The position numbers and the translations under genes were made by a program. Below, in pieces: positions 42,349-56,835 of a DNA stretch of 64,000 bases. Under the pieces are notes generated by a model. It was not told where the DNA came from. It made no database searches and saw nothing but the letters and a program-made list of their open reading frames with translations. Source of the DNA: Eledone cirrhosa. Its lineage: Eukaryota. The stretch is taken from NCBI GenBank assembly GCA_964016885.1, contig OZ024746.1:91326001-91390000 (forward strand), in the 5' to 3' direction. Numbering within the stretch: the first letter of the stretch is position 1; each line of letters opens with the position of its first letter.

Positions 42349-42727
42349 GAAGGCACACGGCTTAGTGGTTAGAGCATTGGGCTTGCAATCGAAAGGTTGT
42401 GAGTTCAATTCTCAGACCGGATGATGAGTTGTTTCCTTGAGCAAGACACTTTATTTCACATTGCTCCAGTTTACTCAGCTGTAGAAATGAGATGATAGGA
42501 CTGGGGTCCCTATCATTCCACTGTAAAGTGGACGTGTAGGTGCCACGGAAAAAAAAAAGCACCCAACACTCACTGTAAATGAGGTTGGTGTTAGGAAGGG
42601 CATCCAGCTGTAGAAATCAATCCAGAATCAATTCCTGTATGAGCAAGACAAGGTCAGCCACTGCCCACAACAGGACATCCCATCTAACCCATGCTAGCGT
42701 GGAGTACGGACGTAAAACGGTGATGAT
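42349..42727 (+). mobile_element. Full-length SINE family B (tRNA head, CORE-like middle, RTE-type tail)
   Basis: GGCTTAGTGG A-box, GAGTTCAATTCT B-box, CCTTGAGCAAGACACTT CORE-like segment, tail CCCATGCTAGCGTGG..GGACGTAAAACGGTGATGAT. Confidence 0.88.
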
Positions 42728-43142
<415 letters not shown>

Positions 43143-43193
43143 TCCATTTTCTGTGTGACATATTCTCAATTGTGTTTTCTCTTTCCTCTTCAG

Positions 43194-43328
43194 ATCTCAC
43201 TGCCACCGACTGTCAATGTTCGGAGAATATGTTCAGTTGTGGTGATAGCAAATGTACATGCATTCCACGAGCTTTGGTTTGCGACAAAGATTACGATTGT
43301 GCCAACAAGAACGACGAAAAACGTTGCA
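43194..43328 (+). CDS. Internal coding exon: LDL-receptor class A (LDLa) module of an unidentified extracellular or membrane protein
   Basis: Acceptor TTTTCTCTTTCCTCTTCAG|AT; donor TGCA|GTAGGT; 135 nt, phase 1-1 as usual for LDLa exons; peptide (D)[44 protein letters not shown] matches F-x-C...C-I-P...C-D-x-x-x-D-C-x-x-x-x-D-E-x-x-C. Confidence 0.9.
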
Positions 43329-44190
43329 GTAGGTAATTTTTTTTTCAATATGACCGTAACAAAAAAAACAAAAAAACAAAGTAGTACTAATATTATATGT
43401 AGTAGTTTGTGTTACTAATATTGTATGTGTAGTAATTTGTGTTACTAATATTATATGTAGTAGTTTGTGTTACTAATATTATATGTGTAGTAATTTGTGT
43501 TACTAATATTATATGTAGTAGTTTGTGTTACTAATATTATATGTAGTAATTTGTGTTACTAATATTTCATTTCATTTTACGTCCACTTTTCCCTGCTTGC
43601 AAGGGTGGGATATACATATTGTATGTAGTAATTTGTTGTTTGCAGGGAAAAACAAAACAAAAAACAAAAGCATGAAAAATGCTATAGTTTCATCATCATC
43701 ATCACTATCATCATCACTATCATCATCATCATCATCATCATCATCACTATCATCATCATCATCACTATTATCGTCATTTAATGGGTACATTTTTTATAAA
43801 ACATCCGTCTCCAGTTCTGTGAAACAAATTATAAAAAACCAAAATTGTAGGTTGTTTAACACGTTTGATACGAAACTACCTCAAACTGTTAGTTTCACCA
43901 TATAAATATGTTATTTAACACCTTTCATATGAAACTATCTGAAACTGATCTTGGTTTCATCATATAAATATGTTTGTTTCAAATTGTTTATATTTATCTA
44001 CAAACTTGTGAAGAAATGTTCCAAACACCATCTTATTAATGACAAAATTAATTCTTGATTATTGTCAAACATATTTGAAAATTCTAGACAGTATCTTTCA
44101 TTAGAAATATGGTATTGAAATGGTTAAAAATTGAATGTTTCATGTACTCCCTCCTCATGACAAAGTCTCATATTTTAGCTTGGCTCTAGA

Positions 44191-44557
44191 GTTAGTTTCA
44201 CGGAGATGTTTGGTATGGGCCTGTACAGTTAGTTTCACGGAGATGTTTGGTATGGGCTTGTACAGTTAGTTTCACGGAGATGTTTGGTATGGACCTGTAC
44301 AGTTAGTTTCACGGAGATGCTTGGTATGGGCCTGTACAGTTAGTTTCACGGAGATGTTTGGTATGGGCTTGTACAGTTAGTTTCACGGAGATGTTTGGTA
44401 TGGACCTGTACAGTTAGCTTCACGGAGATGTTTGGTATGGACCTGTACAGTTAGTTTCACGGAGATGTTTGGTATGGACCTGTTCAGTTAGTTTCATGGA
44501 GATGTTTGGTATGGACCTGTACAGTTAGTTTCACGGAGATTTTTGGTATGGGCCTGT
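44191..44557. repeat. 37-bp minisatellite, ~10 copies
   Basis: GTTAGTTTCACGGAGATGTTTGGTATGG(G/A)CCTGTACA. Confidence 0.95.
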
Positions 44558-44852
44558 AACTCCTGAGGGAGTCATAGGGCACCATATTGACATAGGGTGT
44601 TTCTGAGGGCAATTTTAAACCTGTCAGAGCCCATTTCTTCAACAGGCCTGAATACAGCAAATTATTTCCAGAGGACAGAGTCAGAGAACGGAAACGCGAG
44701 AGGGCAAAGGAAGAATTGACCCCAGTACTAGACTGGTAATTTTTTTATTGACCTTGAATGAAAGACAAAGTTGACCCAGCGGGATTTGAACTTAGAGAGC
44801 AGAAAGCACTCAATTCCTCATTCCCAGGCCTCTGAGATATATAGACATAAGG

Positions 44853-45053
44853 GTTTCTGATTTAGGCACAAGGCCAATAATTTGTGGGGAGGAGAAAGTC
44901 AATTAAATCAACCCAAGTGTGTGACTGGTACTTTTTTATCGACCCTGTAAGGATGAAAGGCAAAGCTAACCTCGGTGGGATTTGAACCCATAACGTAAAG
45001 AGACGTAACTCTATGCTGCAAAGTATGGTGTCTGATGCTCTACCGATTCTGCC
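44853..45053 (-). mobile_element. SINE family A copy
   Basis: Reverse-complement family A motifs. Confidence 0.8.
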
Positions 45054-45503
45054 TAGAGATAATAAATATTGTGGACAACAAAGACAGCAAAAGCCCCAAA
45101 GCCATCTTATCAGCTGTCAACATCTTGTTGGACCACCATTATATGATATCATTTTAATCTATCTGTGAAACAATTATTTATCAACTGAAGAATTATTTTC
45201 TACTAAACCTTATCCTCATGTTGCAGTCGTATTCTTTTAAAATCTGTTTTCTATTTAGAGATGAATTAAAGATTTTCAAGTTTTCTTGTAATTGTTACAT
45301 ACATTCTTTCCTCCCAATATAGTTTCTTATAATGAGATTTTAAATTTCAATAATGTCAAAAAAAAACAGGAAAACCTTTTCTGATGAGATTTATTTTATT
45401 TTATTTTTCTTCATCTTCTGCATTGATATGTCTTCTGCTATCTTACAAATGTAGGTTACATATTTCATTTTTTGTTGTTAAATCTTTCCAGTTTTAAACC
45501 AAA

Positions 45504-45581
<78 letters not shown>

Positions 45582-45770
45582 GGGATAGTTTTGCTACAAG
45601 CCACTTATTTTTATAGTTGGATTACTTTCATTGTGATAACTAGACAACTGTGAAGTAGAGGTTGTCAGCCAGGCAATCTGAGGCAAAAAACCTTATCTTC
45701 TTTACTGCAAGGTTTAGCTGGAGCAAATCACTAAACTAGTGTCTAGTAATTTGTATTGTTATTTATTCAG

Positions 45771-45982
45771 AGGATTGGCAGAATCGGTAGAGCGTCGGAC
45801 ATCATGCTTTATAGCATATAAATACATCCCTCTATATTCTGATTTCAAATCCCACCGAGATTAGCTTTGCCTTTCATCCTTATGGGGTCAATAAAATAAA
45901 GTACCAGTAATGTACTGGGGTCAATTTAATCCACTTTTCCATCCCCCAGAATAGTTGACCTTGAGCCTAAATCAGAAAACAT
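45771..45982 (+). mobile_element. SINE family A copy
   Basis: GGATTGGCAGAATCGGTAGAG...CTTTGCCTTTCATCC...CCTAAATCAGAAA. Confidence 0.8.
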
Positions 45983-46648
45983 TATTTATTCAGAAAATTG
46001 AAGTGACACAGGAACTAGCTTCAGCAAACAGTGTTGACCTTCCTAGAAAGCAAAGGGTGCGTCCCTTAATCAGATCCACACAACACATTCCAGGACAGCC
46101 CATCATGTCCATCAATGAGAATGAAAGACAGCCCAGCATGTGATTGTGGGGACTATGACCAGACTGTACTGCATGTTGTTTAGGATTGCCCACTCAGACA
46201 TTTTTCCAGTGGCCTGGAGGCTATCCATAATGCTACAAATGACTCCTTGGCCTGGCTCGGTGGTCACAACCTGCCTCTCTAGTTACTGTGTATATGTCAT
46301 ACGACAAGAAGAAGCAAACAGCATGCATGGAAGAACTACTGATTAAAACATTTTCAAAGAGGTGGAGAAAACATTGACTAAGTACAATTTACTTTGGGAA
46401 TGTATGACAAGTAGTGGAAGAATGAGAAAAATTGGGCTCAAGCACTCCTAGGAGAGTTGTAGGGGCAGAGTCCTACTTGTAAATGGGGTGAATACTTGTG
46501 GAATTCAGATGACTTAGTGACACATCTTAACCATTACTATATTTCTAATGAATGCCACTGACTGATTCTCAAATAATTTAGAATATAATCAAGAATTTAG
46601 AGTGATTTAGTAATGCTACTAACCTTCTCATTAGTTAGCAGCTGAAGA

Positions 46649-47227
46649 GTCTTTGCAGTAACATTACTCAATAGAGTGTATAGCTCAGAGATCAGAGAGT
46701 CACTCCAGGTAGAGTCACTACTCTTCCTGGTCTTTGCAGTAACATTACTCAATAGAGTGTATAGCTCAGAGATCAGAGAGTCACTCCAGGTAGAGTCACT
46801 ACTCTTCCTGGTCTTTGCAGTAACATTACTCAATAGAGTGTATAGCTCAGAGATCAGAGAGTCACTCCAGGTAGAGTCACTACTCTTCCTGGTCTTTGCA
46901 GTAACATTACTCAATAAAGTGTATAGCTCAGAGATCAGAGAGTCACTCCAGGTAGAGTTGTCGCTTCTCTGAATTGAGAGATCATAGCTCCGATATTACG
47001 AACATGTCTCAGGAAAGAATTGCTGGACAGATTTTATGGGCAAAACCAACCAGAGATAGATCCCGAGCAAGATGGTTGGATAACATACACGAGCTTGGCT
47101 GGTTTCGCTTGAAGATCCAATCAGATCAGTTGGGGACAGTTGCTTCTGACATGACCTGTTGGAAGGCATGTTTGGGGACTCTTAACACCACAACCTCCCC
47201 AGGAATAAGTGGATGAAGAAGAAGAGA
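46649..47227 (+). mobile_element. RTE-like LINE 3' fragment whose 81-bp ORF2 segment is tandemly amplified ~4x
   Basis: Units at 46649, 46730, 46811, 46892 (VFAVTLLNRVYSSEIRESLQVESLLFL) run into L*IERS*LRYYEH..MSQERIA..RSRARWLD and a (GAA)n tail. Confidence 0.8.
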
Positions 47228-47646
47228 ATAACATTTTTCCGTGTGTTCCTGTCTTTTAATATATTATTAGACTGCAGGTCAGGGAGATCCAGTTGGAAGA
47301 CTCATGAAGGATATTTGAGTTAAACGGATTTTTAAAATGTTTTAATGCTTTCCCATTTTCATAATAATCTGAAAAAAAAAACTTTTGAAACTGTAGCGTC
47401 CGACTATTTAGAGGTAAATTGAAAAAGAAAACAGAATTCTTGGCTGTATCTTTCACAATAAAGAAAGCAGCTGAAGTTATCGACAGGAATGAAAGAGAGT
47501 TAATTGATGTTGAACAGCTTTCATTGCTTATAAGCTCAGAATGGTGTTGTAATCTAAAATGTGACAGTATCAAGCAGTTTGAATCCAAAGTGTCTGATAC
47601 TGTTCCTCATTCTACAGAATTATTTAACTTATATAGTTTATACTTA

Positions 47647-47890
47647 AGGCACGTGGCCTAGTGGTAGGAGTGTGGGACTTATGATAATGTTGTGGGTTTC
47701 ATTCCTGGACTGGGTTGTGTGTTGTGTTCTTGAGCAAAACACTTCATTTCACATTGCTCCACTATACTCAGCTGAAAATAAGTACCAGCAATAGCTGGGG
47801 GTTTAACCCTGCGATGGACTGGCGTCCTGTCGAGGGGGGGAGTATTGTAATTTCAGTCGCTTCATACCATGAAACCGGGATAAGCACTGG
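47647..47890 (+). mobile_element. Older tRNA/CORE-like SINE
   Basis: GGCACGTGGCCTAGTGGTAGG head; TTCTTGAGCAAAACACTTCATTTCACATTGCTCC; CCCTGCGATGGACTGGCGTCC. Confidence 0.75.
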
Positions 47891-48149
47891 CTCAACATGC
47901 TGCTTGCAGCACATGAGGGCCTGCATGCATACTTATCTAAAACACACCATTGAGTTTTATTAAAGAACCTATGCTGGAATCCTCAGATGCTGGGTGGACA
48001 GAAAATAAGCTCACATGTGACAGAGACGATGAAGTAACCACATTAATAACTGGACAGGATCCTGGCACAGTGGACGTATGTCTGTAGCATGAGGTGTGTG
48101 TGGTGAAAAGTGGTGTGTCTGAGGCACTCAACCCTCAACCGTGCAGATG

Positions 48150-48430
48150 AATGGAGAATATATTTATGAAGTTTTAATATTTTGAGTACAACTAACAATG
48201 ATTTTTTGAACATGTCTGGGCTTTTTCCTGTGGAAAAAGATATTGCTTTGATAAGTGGTTCACCTCCAGCTTTGATGAATTCTGAGTATATGTTGTCCAG
48301 TCCAGGGCTTTTTCCTCGCTTCAAATTGTTGATGGCATGAGATATTTCACTAGCTAAGATAGATGGAATGGCATCTGATGTCGAATCATGAATGGTTGTT
48401 GGTTCTGAGTTGCTGAAGCACATTTCTTCA
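48150..48430 (-). mobile_element. LINE RT N-terminal fragment
   Basis: PSILASEISHAINNLKRGKSPGLDNIYSEFIKAGG (K-S-P-G-x-D motif of non-LTR RTs). Confidence 0.85.
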
Positions 48431-50107
48431 TAGAGTTGTACTCTACAAAAGAGGTAGCAGACTTGATTGTGGGAACTATCGTCTGTATATACTCCAGTAT
48501 AAGTTGACCCTCTATTTTATATCTGAGAAATAGGCAAAAAGTGCCCAGGCCACACTGTAAATGTGGTTGACATTAGGAAGTGCATCCAGTCAAAGAAACC
48601 AAGCCAAAAGCAGTCTAGTGTAAGCAAGACATGGTCATCTGTTCTGGCTTGGCTCACATCTCGACAACTTGTCTAACCCAAGGAGAAAGGGTCATTAAAC
48701 GGTGATGATGATATTTATATATATATTGTGGGTGTACCCTTTCATCCATTTCAGCTAGACTTTAGATTGTTTATAGACTGTAAATTGTTTGTTCCATCCA
48801 TTCGTTATGAGGGGTTTTGGGTCTTATTTCCTGTTTGTTTATAACCTGACATCATTTATAAACATACTCCTTCCTGCTCTATCTTCCTCTGTAATTTCAA
48901 TAAAACCACTTCTGTTTCTGGTATAAAACTTAACAATTATTGCTCAGCACTAGAAATCCCTTTTATACCTTCCTCTGCAATCTAAATGAAGGCAACTTCT
49001 GTTTATGATATAAAACTTACAATTATTATTAAGACAGCAGTGAATTTCTCAACAAATGAGTCTGTGACACAGTTTAGATTCTCAGTAGGAATCCTCTCAG
49101 CTAGTTCACTTATGTAACTAACAAATTCCCCTGGGAAAATCATCGCTGTCATAATTTATCATTTTTCTTAATCCTTATATCTAAAGTAATGATATTTTCT
49201 GCTAGACTGCCGGAAGTTATTTTCTTCAGTATCTCAAGTTCCTGGTTTAAGTTCAAATCTTAAGAGTTCCTTCGTCTTTCATCACTTGAGGCTGAAAATG
49301 GAAGTACTTGGCACTGGGTCAATTTTATTTTATACAATTCTTCCCTTTCCTAAATATTTGTCTAGTTCACAAGACATTATTATAGCCAGTACATAACCTG
49401 TTCTACTGATGGAATAATATTCAGGTTCTTCACTAAACTGAAACAAAGCTTACACCCTCAAATATTGACATACCCATAACTACTGTCTGAAGTAATATTA
49501 ACATACACATAACTACAACATATATATAACTACTGTCTGAAGTAATATTAACATACACATAACTACAACATACATATAACTACTGTCTGAAGAAAAAAAC
49601 CCCTTAAAATTCTAAGAATTAAGTATTTTAAGAAAATCTGCAATTTATGTAAGTTAACCAAAAATCAAAGCTAAGTGGTAGAAGATAAATGATAAAACTA
49701 GTTTTATAATATAATTATTATTCCAAACTATATAATAACTTGTAGAAAATTTGTGTATTTTGTGTGTGTGTGTGAGAGGGAGAGAGATGTAAATCTGAAT
49801 TTTTTTAAATAATAATATTCGATTCATTTACAATTATGCAAACATCCTCTTAAGCCATGTGAGTAGAATGACCTCGTCATTCTTGCTCATGTGTTGGCAT
49901 ATAAACAGAATGACAGACACTAATGTTTCTGGGTTATTACCCTTCATCAGTACAGTATATTGCTTATCTGCCAAATGTCAGAGCTCGTGAAATATGTGAT
50001 ATTTTCTGAAATATACAGTGACTTATTGACCTGATTTGCATATTAGTACACTGCCTGATCAGTCAGATCTGCATATCAGCTGTTAAAACTCTCAAGCATG
50101 AAACTAA

Positions 50108-50292
50108 TAATTGTTTCTACTTTAGGCACAAGGCCAGCAATTACCCAGTACATTACTGGTACTTTATTTTATCGACGCTGTAAGGATGAAAGGCAAAGTT
50201 AACCTCGGCGGGATTTGAACTCAGACTGTAAAGGGACGTAACTATGCTAGAAAGCATGGCGTCCAACCCTCTACTGATACTGCCAATTCACC
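50108..50292 (-). mobile_element. SINE family A copy
   Basis: Full reverse-complement copy. Confidence 0.85.
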
Positions 50293-50367
50293 TAATAATA
50301 ACATTTGTACTGCCTCTTTGATTCCACGTTTTTTTGTTTTCTGTTTACTGTCCCCACTTTAAAAAAG

Positions 50368-50402
<35 letters not shown>

Positions 50403-50443
50403 CGAAACATAAGTCAATTGCATGAACTCATAATCCTTTATTT

Positions 50444-50499
50444 ACTGCTATATATATTTCGATGATAGCCATTGAATGGCTATGACCTCATCAGGCAGT
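50444..50499 (-). ncRNA. Type I hammerhead ribozyme motif (HHR-A4)
   Basis: acugc CUGAUGA ggu-c-auagccau(uca)auggcuau-c-auc GAAA u-auau-a UA gcagu; AAUAAA follows immediately. Confidence 0.88.
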
Positions 50500-50963
50500 T
50501 AGTCAGTTCTTAGATATGCCAGCTCTATGTTTATAGTGTTGATGGTATCAGAGCCTTGGGACATATGAGTTGTTAGGAATAAATTAATGTTGTCAGCAGG
50601 AATAGTCTTGATTCTCATTGGTCAGTTTGTAGATGGTAGTAGGGTTGGTATTTGACCTCAAAGAGGCAGGTGGTGTTGTAAAGTTCAAACCATCAGGCAA
50701 GATTACAATAGTTCCATATGACTGATTTTCACAAAAGGCATTCCTGGTCAGATATATATTCAATTAAGGTTAATAGTATGAATAGATACTACAGGTCATT
50801 CTTAAATTGAGGAATTTATGTGGAGTGGTGCTACTGAAATTTATGGTTGGAGTAGAAAATTTACAAATAAAATAACTTATGTAGGTTGGCTTCCACTACA
50901 CTCACACCCACCTCCACAGACACACACACACATCCACACATACAAAATGGGGGGTGGTAATAC

Positions 50964-51004
<41 letters not shown>

Positions 51005-51044
51005 AAAAACGATGACTTTTCGTTTACATATAGTTTTTTTTATT

Positions 51045-51110
51045 GTGTAATACGCGTGTTTCACAGAGGATTGGCTCAGGGTCACCCGTAGAAGTTATGG
51101 ACCCAGCTCC
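51045..51110 (-). ncRNA. 5'-truncated hammerhead (3' half only)
   Basis: ...gcuggguc..gacccugagc..ccucugu GAAA c-acgc-g UA uuacac AAUAAA; the CUGA half is replaced by (GAU)n. Confidence 0.45.
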
Positions 51111-51192
51111 ATCATCATCATCATCATATATATATAAAGAGATAGAGAGATAAAGCATGGCATTTCATTCTGTCATTATCTTCATCTCCACA

Positions 51193-51379
51193 GGTTGGTG
51201 GATTGGCAGTATCGGTAGAGGGTCGGACGCCATGCCTTGCAGCAAAGAGTTACGGCCCTTTCCATTCTGAGTTCAAATCTCGCCGAGGTTAACTTTGCCT
51301 TTCATCTTTACGGGGTCGATAAAATAAAGTATCAGTAATACACTGGGATAATTGCTGGCCTTGTGCCAAAAGTAGAAAC
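51193..51379 (+). mobile_element. Young SINE family A copy with 19-bp TSD
   Basis: CATTATCTTCATCTCCACA at 51174-51192 and 51380-51398. Confidence 0.9.
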
Positions 51380-51676
51380 CATTATCTTCATCTCCACATC
51401 CCCCCACCCCTCACATCATATATACTTATAAATGTAAAGAAGCTGATATACAAGTCTACTTTCAATCATTCATCATGTTAAAGGTTTATTTTCTCCCAGC
51501 TAAAATTCTCCATTTCTTCGCGCCCCTCTCCCCCCTTTCAGGGTTTCATAACATACTCTCTATCTTCTTCTCCTCCCACGCTCCCCCACCCCTCCTCTCA
51601 CCATAATCACCTCGACCAATCAAAACACAGCAGCACAAATATCTTGTAACTGTTAACTGAATATCAACTGCAATAA

Positions 51677-52006
51677 CACCACCGCTGCTACTACTACCAC
51701 TACTACTACTGCTACTACTACCACTACTACTACTATTACTACTGCTGCTACTACTACTACTACTAATACTACTGCTACTACTACTGCTGCTACTACTACT
51801 GCTGCTGCTACTACTACTACTACCACTACCACTGCAGCTACCGCTACTACTACTACTACTACTACTACTACTAATGCCACTACTACTACTGCCACTACTA
51901 CTACTGCCACTACTACTACTGCCACTACTACTACTACTATTACTACTGCTGCTACCACCACCATCACCACCTCCACAACCACCAACACCACCATTACCAC
52001 TACTAC
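51677..52006. repeat. (CTA/CTG/CCA)n trinucleotide tract
   Basis: Poly-Ser/poly-Val ORFs are artefacts. Confidence 0.9.
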
Positions 52007-54162
52007 CTTTATGTATGAAAAGCACCCAGTCCAGACTGTAAAATGGTTGTAGTGGTAATACGAGAAAAACTGCCAGTACACACTGTAGTGAAGTTGGCAT
52101 TAGGAAGGGCATCCAACCATAGAAACCCAGTGAAAAACAGATCTGCCTGAGTAAGACATGGTCACCTCACATGACAACCTGTCTAACCTATGCAATCATG
52201 AAAAATAGATGTTAAACTGTGAAGATGATATATGGTATGGTCCCGTAACTCCTGATAGACTTGTAGGGATGCTGTATTGACATATGGCATTTGTTGGGTA
52301 TTTTAAGCCTAGCAGAGCCCATCCCTCTCCAGGTCTGAGTACAGCAGATTTCTTTCAGAGAAAGATAGAAAGAAAGAGAGAGAGAGAGAGACAGCGAGAG
52401 AGAGAGAGAGAAGAAATGAGAGAAACATAGAGGAAGAATCGACCCTAGTACTAGACTGGTAGTTGTTTTATCGACCTGAAAGGATGAAAGTCAAAGTTGA
52501 CCTTGGCAGGATTTGAACTCAGAGAGAAGAGAACCGGAACAAATACCATAAAGCATTCTATCCACCGTTCTAACCACTCTGCCAATCCGCCATCTATAAT
52601 GATGATATATACTCATAGAAAAAAAAATACACAAATTTTCTCCAAGTTACTTTTAGTTTGGAATAATGATTTTATTATAAAACTAGTCTTATCATTCATC
52701 TTCTATCACTTAGCTTTGATTTTTGGTTAACAATCAGATAAATTGCAGATTTTCTTAAAATACTTATTTCTTAGAATTTAAGTATTTTTTCTTTCTTTAA
52801 ACAATGGTTATATTTATGTTAATATTCAAATATGTAAGCATACAACAATACATACATATATATTAACACACACACACACATATATATTAACACACACATA
52901 TATATTAACACTCATGTATATATTGACATACACACAACTCAGTGACATACATAGCTTACTTCACTGCCATACAATTATGTGGGGTTATTGTTATACTTCC
53001 ACATATAATTGGGCAAAAGATCCACACATTCCATTGATAAAAGACTGTTCAATTTTAATGTTATATTTCTTTTCCCCTGATTCAATGTGGATATAATTTG
53101 AATGAAGAATCTTATTTGGTTGCTAGTTTACATGTACTGTAAAAAATGATAGCTATTTCAACCAAATTCTTCAGAAGAATCTTCTCTTTTGTTAGAGAAG
53201 TTTTGCTTGTATTTCCTGCTAGGATTAAATTATTAATGCCTGCCTTAGATAGAAAAATATTGAATATACAATGTTATTAGATTCAAAGTAATTTCTAGTG
53301 TCAATTTGAGGAAAGATTTATTTATCTCACACATAAAGTATATGAGTAAATGCTCCAGTCGATGTTTAACCCTTTTGATGTTAAATTCTCTTGGTTCTAT
53401 GATACCAAACTGTTGGTTTTTAAGTGATAATATTTATATAAAAGCTTCCATCATAATTTTATGTAAGAACCTTTGTTAAGTTATGTTCCAAACACCCTTG
53501 GTTCTAAATACCAAACTGTTTGTTTGTAAGTGATTATATCTATATAAAAGCTTCCATCATAATTTTATGCAAGAACCTTTGTTAAGTTATGTTCCAAACA
53601 CCAGATTGATAATGAGAAAGTTATTCTAATAAATCCCCTCAAATTCTTGATTATTTTCATAAGTATTTGAAAATTATAGGCAGAACTATGATAATTAAAG
53701 GATTAACTCTTCTGTGACTACTTTTCTAATTAAATACATTCTATTTTGATTAATTAATGAAGAATTTTGAAGGATTTACTAAAACTGTTAATTATTTTGT
53801 TACTAATATAGTAACTTAATGTAAGGTTCTTATATAAAATTATGTTGGAAGATTTTAATTTAAATTGCAAACCTAGGTGACTTTATTTCATAGAACCAGA
53901 ACCAGAGCTGTAATCAAAATGTTTATAAACTTCCCTTGTACTATTGGGGGTCAATTCTACAATACCAGATGAAACTGACTTTGTTTACACATAATTAATT
54001 GGCTTTATGCCAGGATAAAAAAAAAATAAAAAAAATAATTTGTTCATAGTTGGCTGAGGTAGGATTTGAACCCCAAACCATATATGGAATTTTTATGATT
54101 AAAAGTGGTTGCATTATCAGTTGTTTTTTCTAAATAAGAAACAAACAAGCAAATCCATAGAA

Positions 54163-54415
54163 ATACCAATTTATAGCATGGTACTATATACCAATTTATA
54201 ACATGGTACTGTATACCAATTTATAACATGGTACTATATACCAATTTATAATATGGTACTATATACCAATTTATAATATGGTATACCAATTTATAGCATG
54301 GTATACCAATTTATAACATGGTACTATATACCAATTTATAACATGACATACCAATTTATAATATGGTATACCAATGTATAATATGGTACTATATACCAAT
54401 TTATAATATGGTACT
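54163..54415. repeat. ~20-26-bp minisatellite (ATACCAATTTATAACATGGTACTAT)n
   Basis: About 10 units. Confidence 0.88.
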
Positions 54416-55983
54416 CTGAACGTCCAGTGGGGCAGTGAAGGTGGGGGTAGAGATGATATAATAGTATATTAAATATCAAATGATACATATAAATATAGTA
54501 AAATAAAAAATATATATAATATATTATATATATATCATCATCATCATTTTACGTCCGCTTTTCCCTGCTTGCAAGGGTGGGATAATATAATATAGTATAT
54601 ATTATATTATTTATTATATATGATTTATTTATCATATATTATTTACAATTTGTATGTAGGTAGGTCTCTTTGGAAATAGGGGTGGGGACACAGGTATTGG
54701 GTGGTGAAGGTATTACGTGGCTGCGAGGGGGTAGGGTATTACGTGGCCGTGAGGGGGGGTGTATTACGTGGCTGAGGGGAGGGGTTACGTGGCCGTGAGG
54801 TGGGGGTGAGGGTATTACGTGACCGTGAGGGGTGGACGGGGGGATGGTGGCCCCAAAGGTTTGAGAATTTCTGACCTAGAGTTTATAAACCATTCTACTT
54901 GGTGAACTTAGTATATTTAGAAAACCAGACCATCACTGGCTTTCCCTGGTTCTCTTTCCCTTTCATTAAATGGTCTCATTCCCTACTGTTTCTATCACTT
55001 CATTATTTCAATTATCACTTTCTAATTATCTTAATTACTCTCTAAATCCTTTTGTGACTCTATTTCAACTAATTTTCAAGTATTCAAGAATTTTGTCAAA
55101 ATAAACTGTTTTAATTATTACCTGGGTGTTTTAAATGATTACGAGTCAACTAAAGGGTTACTTAGAGAACATTGACAAAAGGTTTTAATTTAATTATCAA
55201 CACTTTAAAATGAGAGGTTTGTATCATAGAACAAAGCAGGGGTCCCAGGTGTGGTTGTACCTAAAGGATTCTTGGAATTAGAAACCATTTAAACCAGCAT
55301 TAGCTCAGCCTGCTGAGTTGGATCAACAGATTGTAGAAATAGAACTAATAACTGAAGAGAATATTAATAATAAAGTTAATAACAACAATAATCATATGAA
55401 TAAGCAATGACAATTTGGCATTAAAGATATTTAAAATCTAATAATAATAATAGTAATAATAATGATGATAATAATAATAATAATGATGATAATAATAATA
55501 ATAATGATGATAGTAATAATGATTTCTTTATTGGCCACAAGGGCTGACATCAAGAAAAACATTACAGACTGGACAGGACAGTACGATGTGGGTTTTGTGT
55601 GTGTAAATATTTTTATTATTTATATAAGAAAAGAAAAAAAGGACATAGAAACATATATATATATAATGATAGTAATAATAATCCTATCAATAAGCGACAT
55701 TAATTTGGCATTAGAGACATTTAAAATCTAATGCTACATTGCAATTTGTTGCCAAAGTTAGCTGTGAATAACCATTTATTTTGGGATTGTGGGTAATCTA
55801 TGTACATTACATTTTTAAAAGACACTCCATCATATCGTTAAATGTTTAGACAAAGAAATTGTAAATTTACTCTGTGATTCTGGCTAAATCTAAAATTGTA
55901 CAAATCATTGATGGCAAAACACACCATCTGTTTGTTTTTCCATTTTTATTTATTGTTTTACTTCCTTTTTCATCTTTGAGTAA

Positions 55984-56030
<47 letters not shown>

Positions 56031-56452
56031 ATATATATATATGTGCATATATATATGTGCATATATATATGTGCATATATATATGTGCATATATATATAT
56101 GTGCATATATATATGTGTGCATATATATATGTGTATATATATATGTGCATATATATATATATGTGTGTATATATATATGTGTGTATATATATATGTGTGT
56201 ATATATATGTATATATGTGTATATATATAGGTATAACCCATGCTAGCATGGAAGAACGGACATAAAACGGTGATGATGATGACATATATGTATGTATATA
56301 TATATATATGTATGTATATATATATGTATATGTATATATATATGTATATATATATGTGTATATATGTATGTATATATGTGTATATATATGTATATGTATA
56401 TATGTATGTATATATGTGTATATATATGTATATATATATGTATATATATATG

Positions 56453-56487
<35 letters not shown>

Positions 56488-56502
56488 GTATATATATATA
56501 TG

Positions 56503-56787
<285 letters not shown>

Positions 56788-56788
56788 G

Positions 56789-56835
<47 letters not shown>

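Noticed and set aside
42349-42420. tRNA gene (TGC anticodon-like)
   Set aside because: It is the tRNA-derived head of a multi-copy SINE; no proper acceptor stem.
43329-43332. Alternative donor AG|GTAATT for the LDLa exon
   Set aside because: Would give phase 2; the upstream GTAGGT donor gives the symmetric phase 1-1 exon expected for LDLa modules.
47419-47661. 80-aa protein-like ORF
   Set aside because: No recognisable motif or splice signals; possibly transposon debris but unsupported.
49911-49957. Minus-strand CUGAUGA-agggu..accca-GAAA
   Set aside because: Core-adjacent stem II pair is mismatched and no stem I or valid NUH could be formed; degenerate relic.
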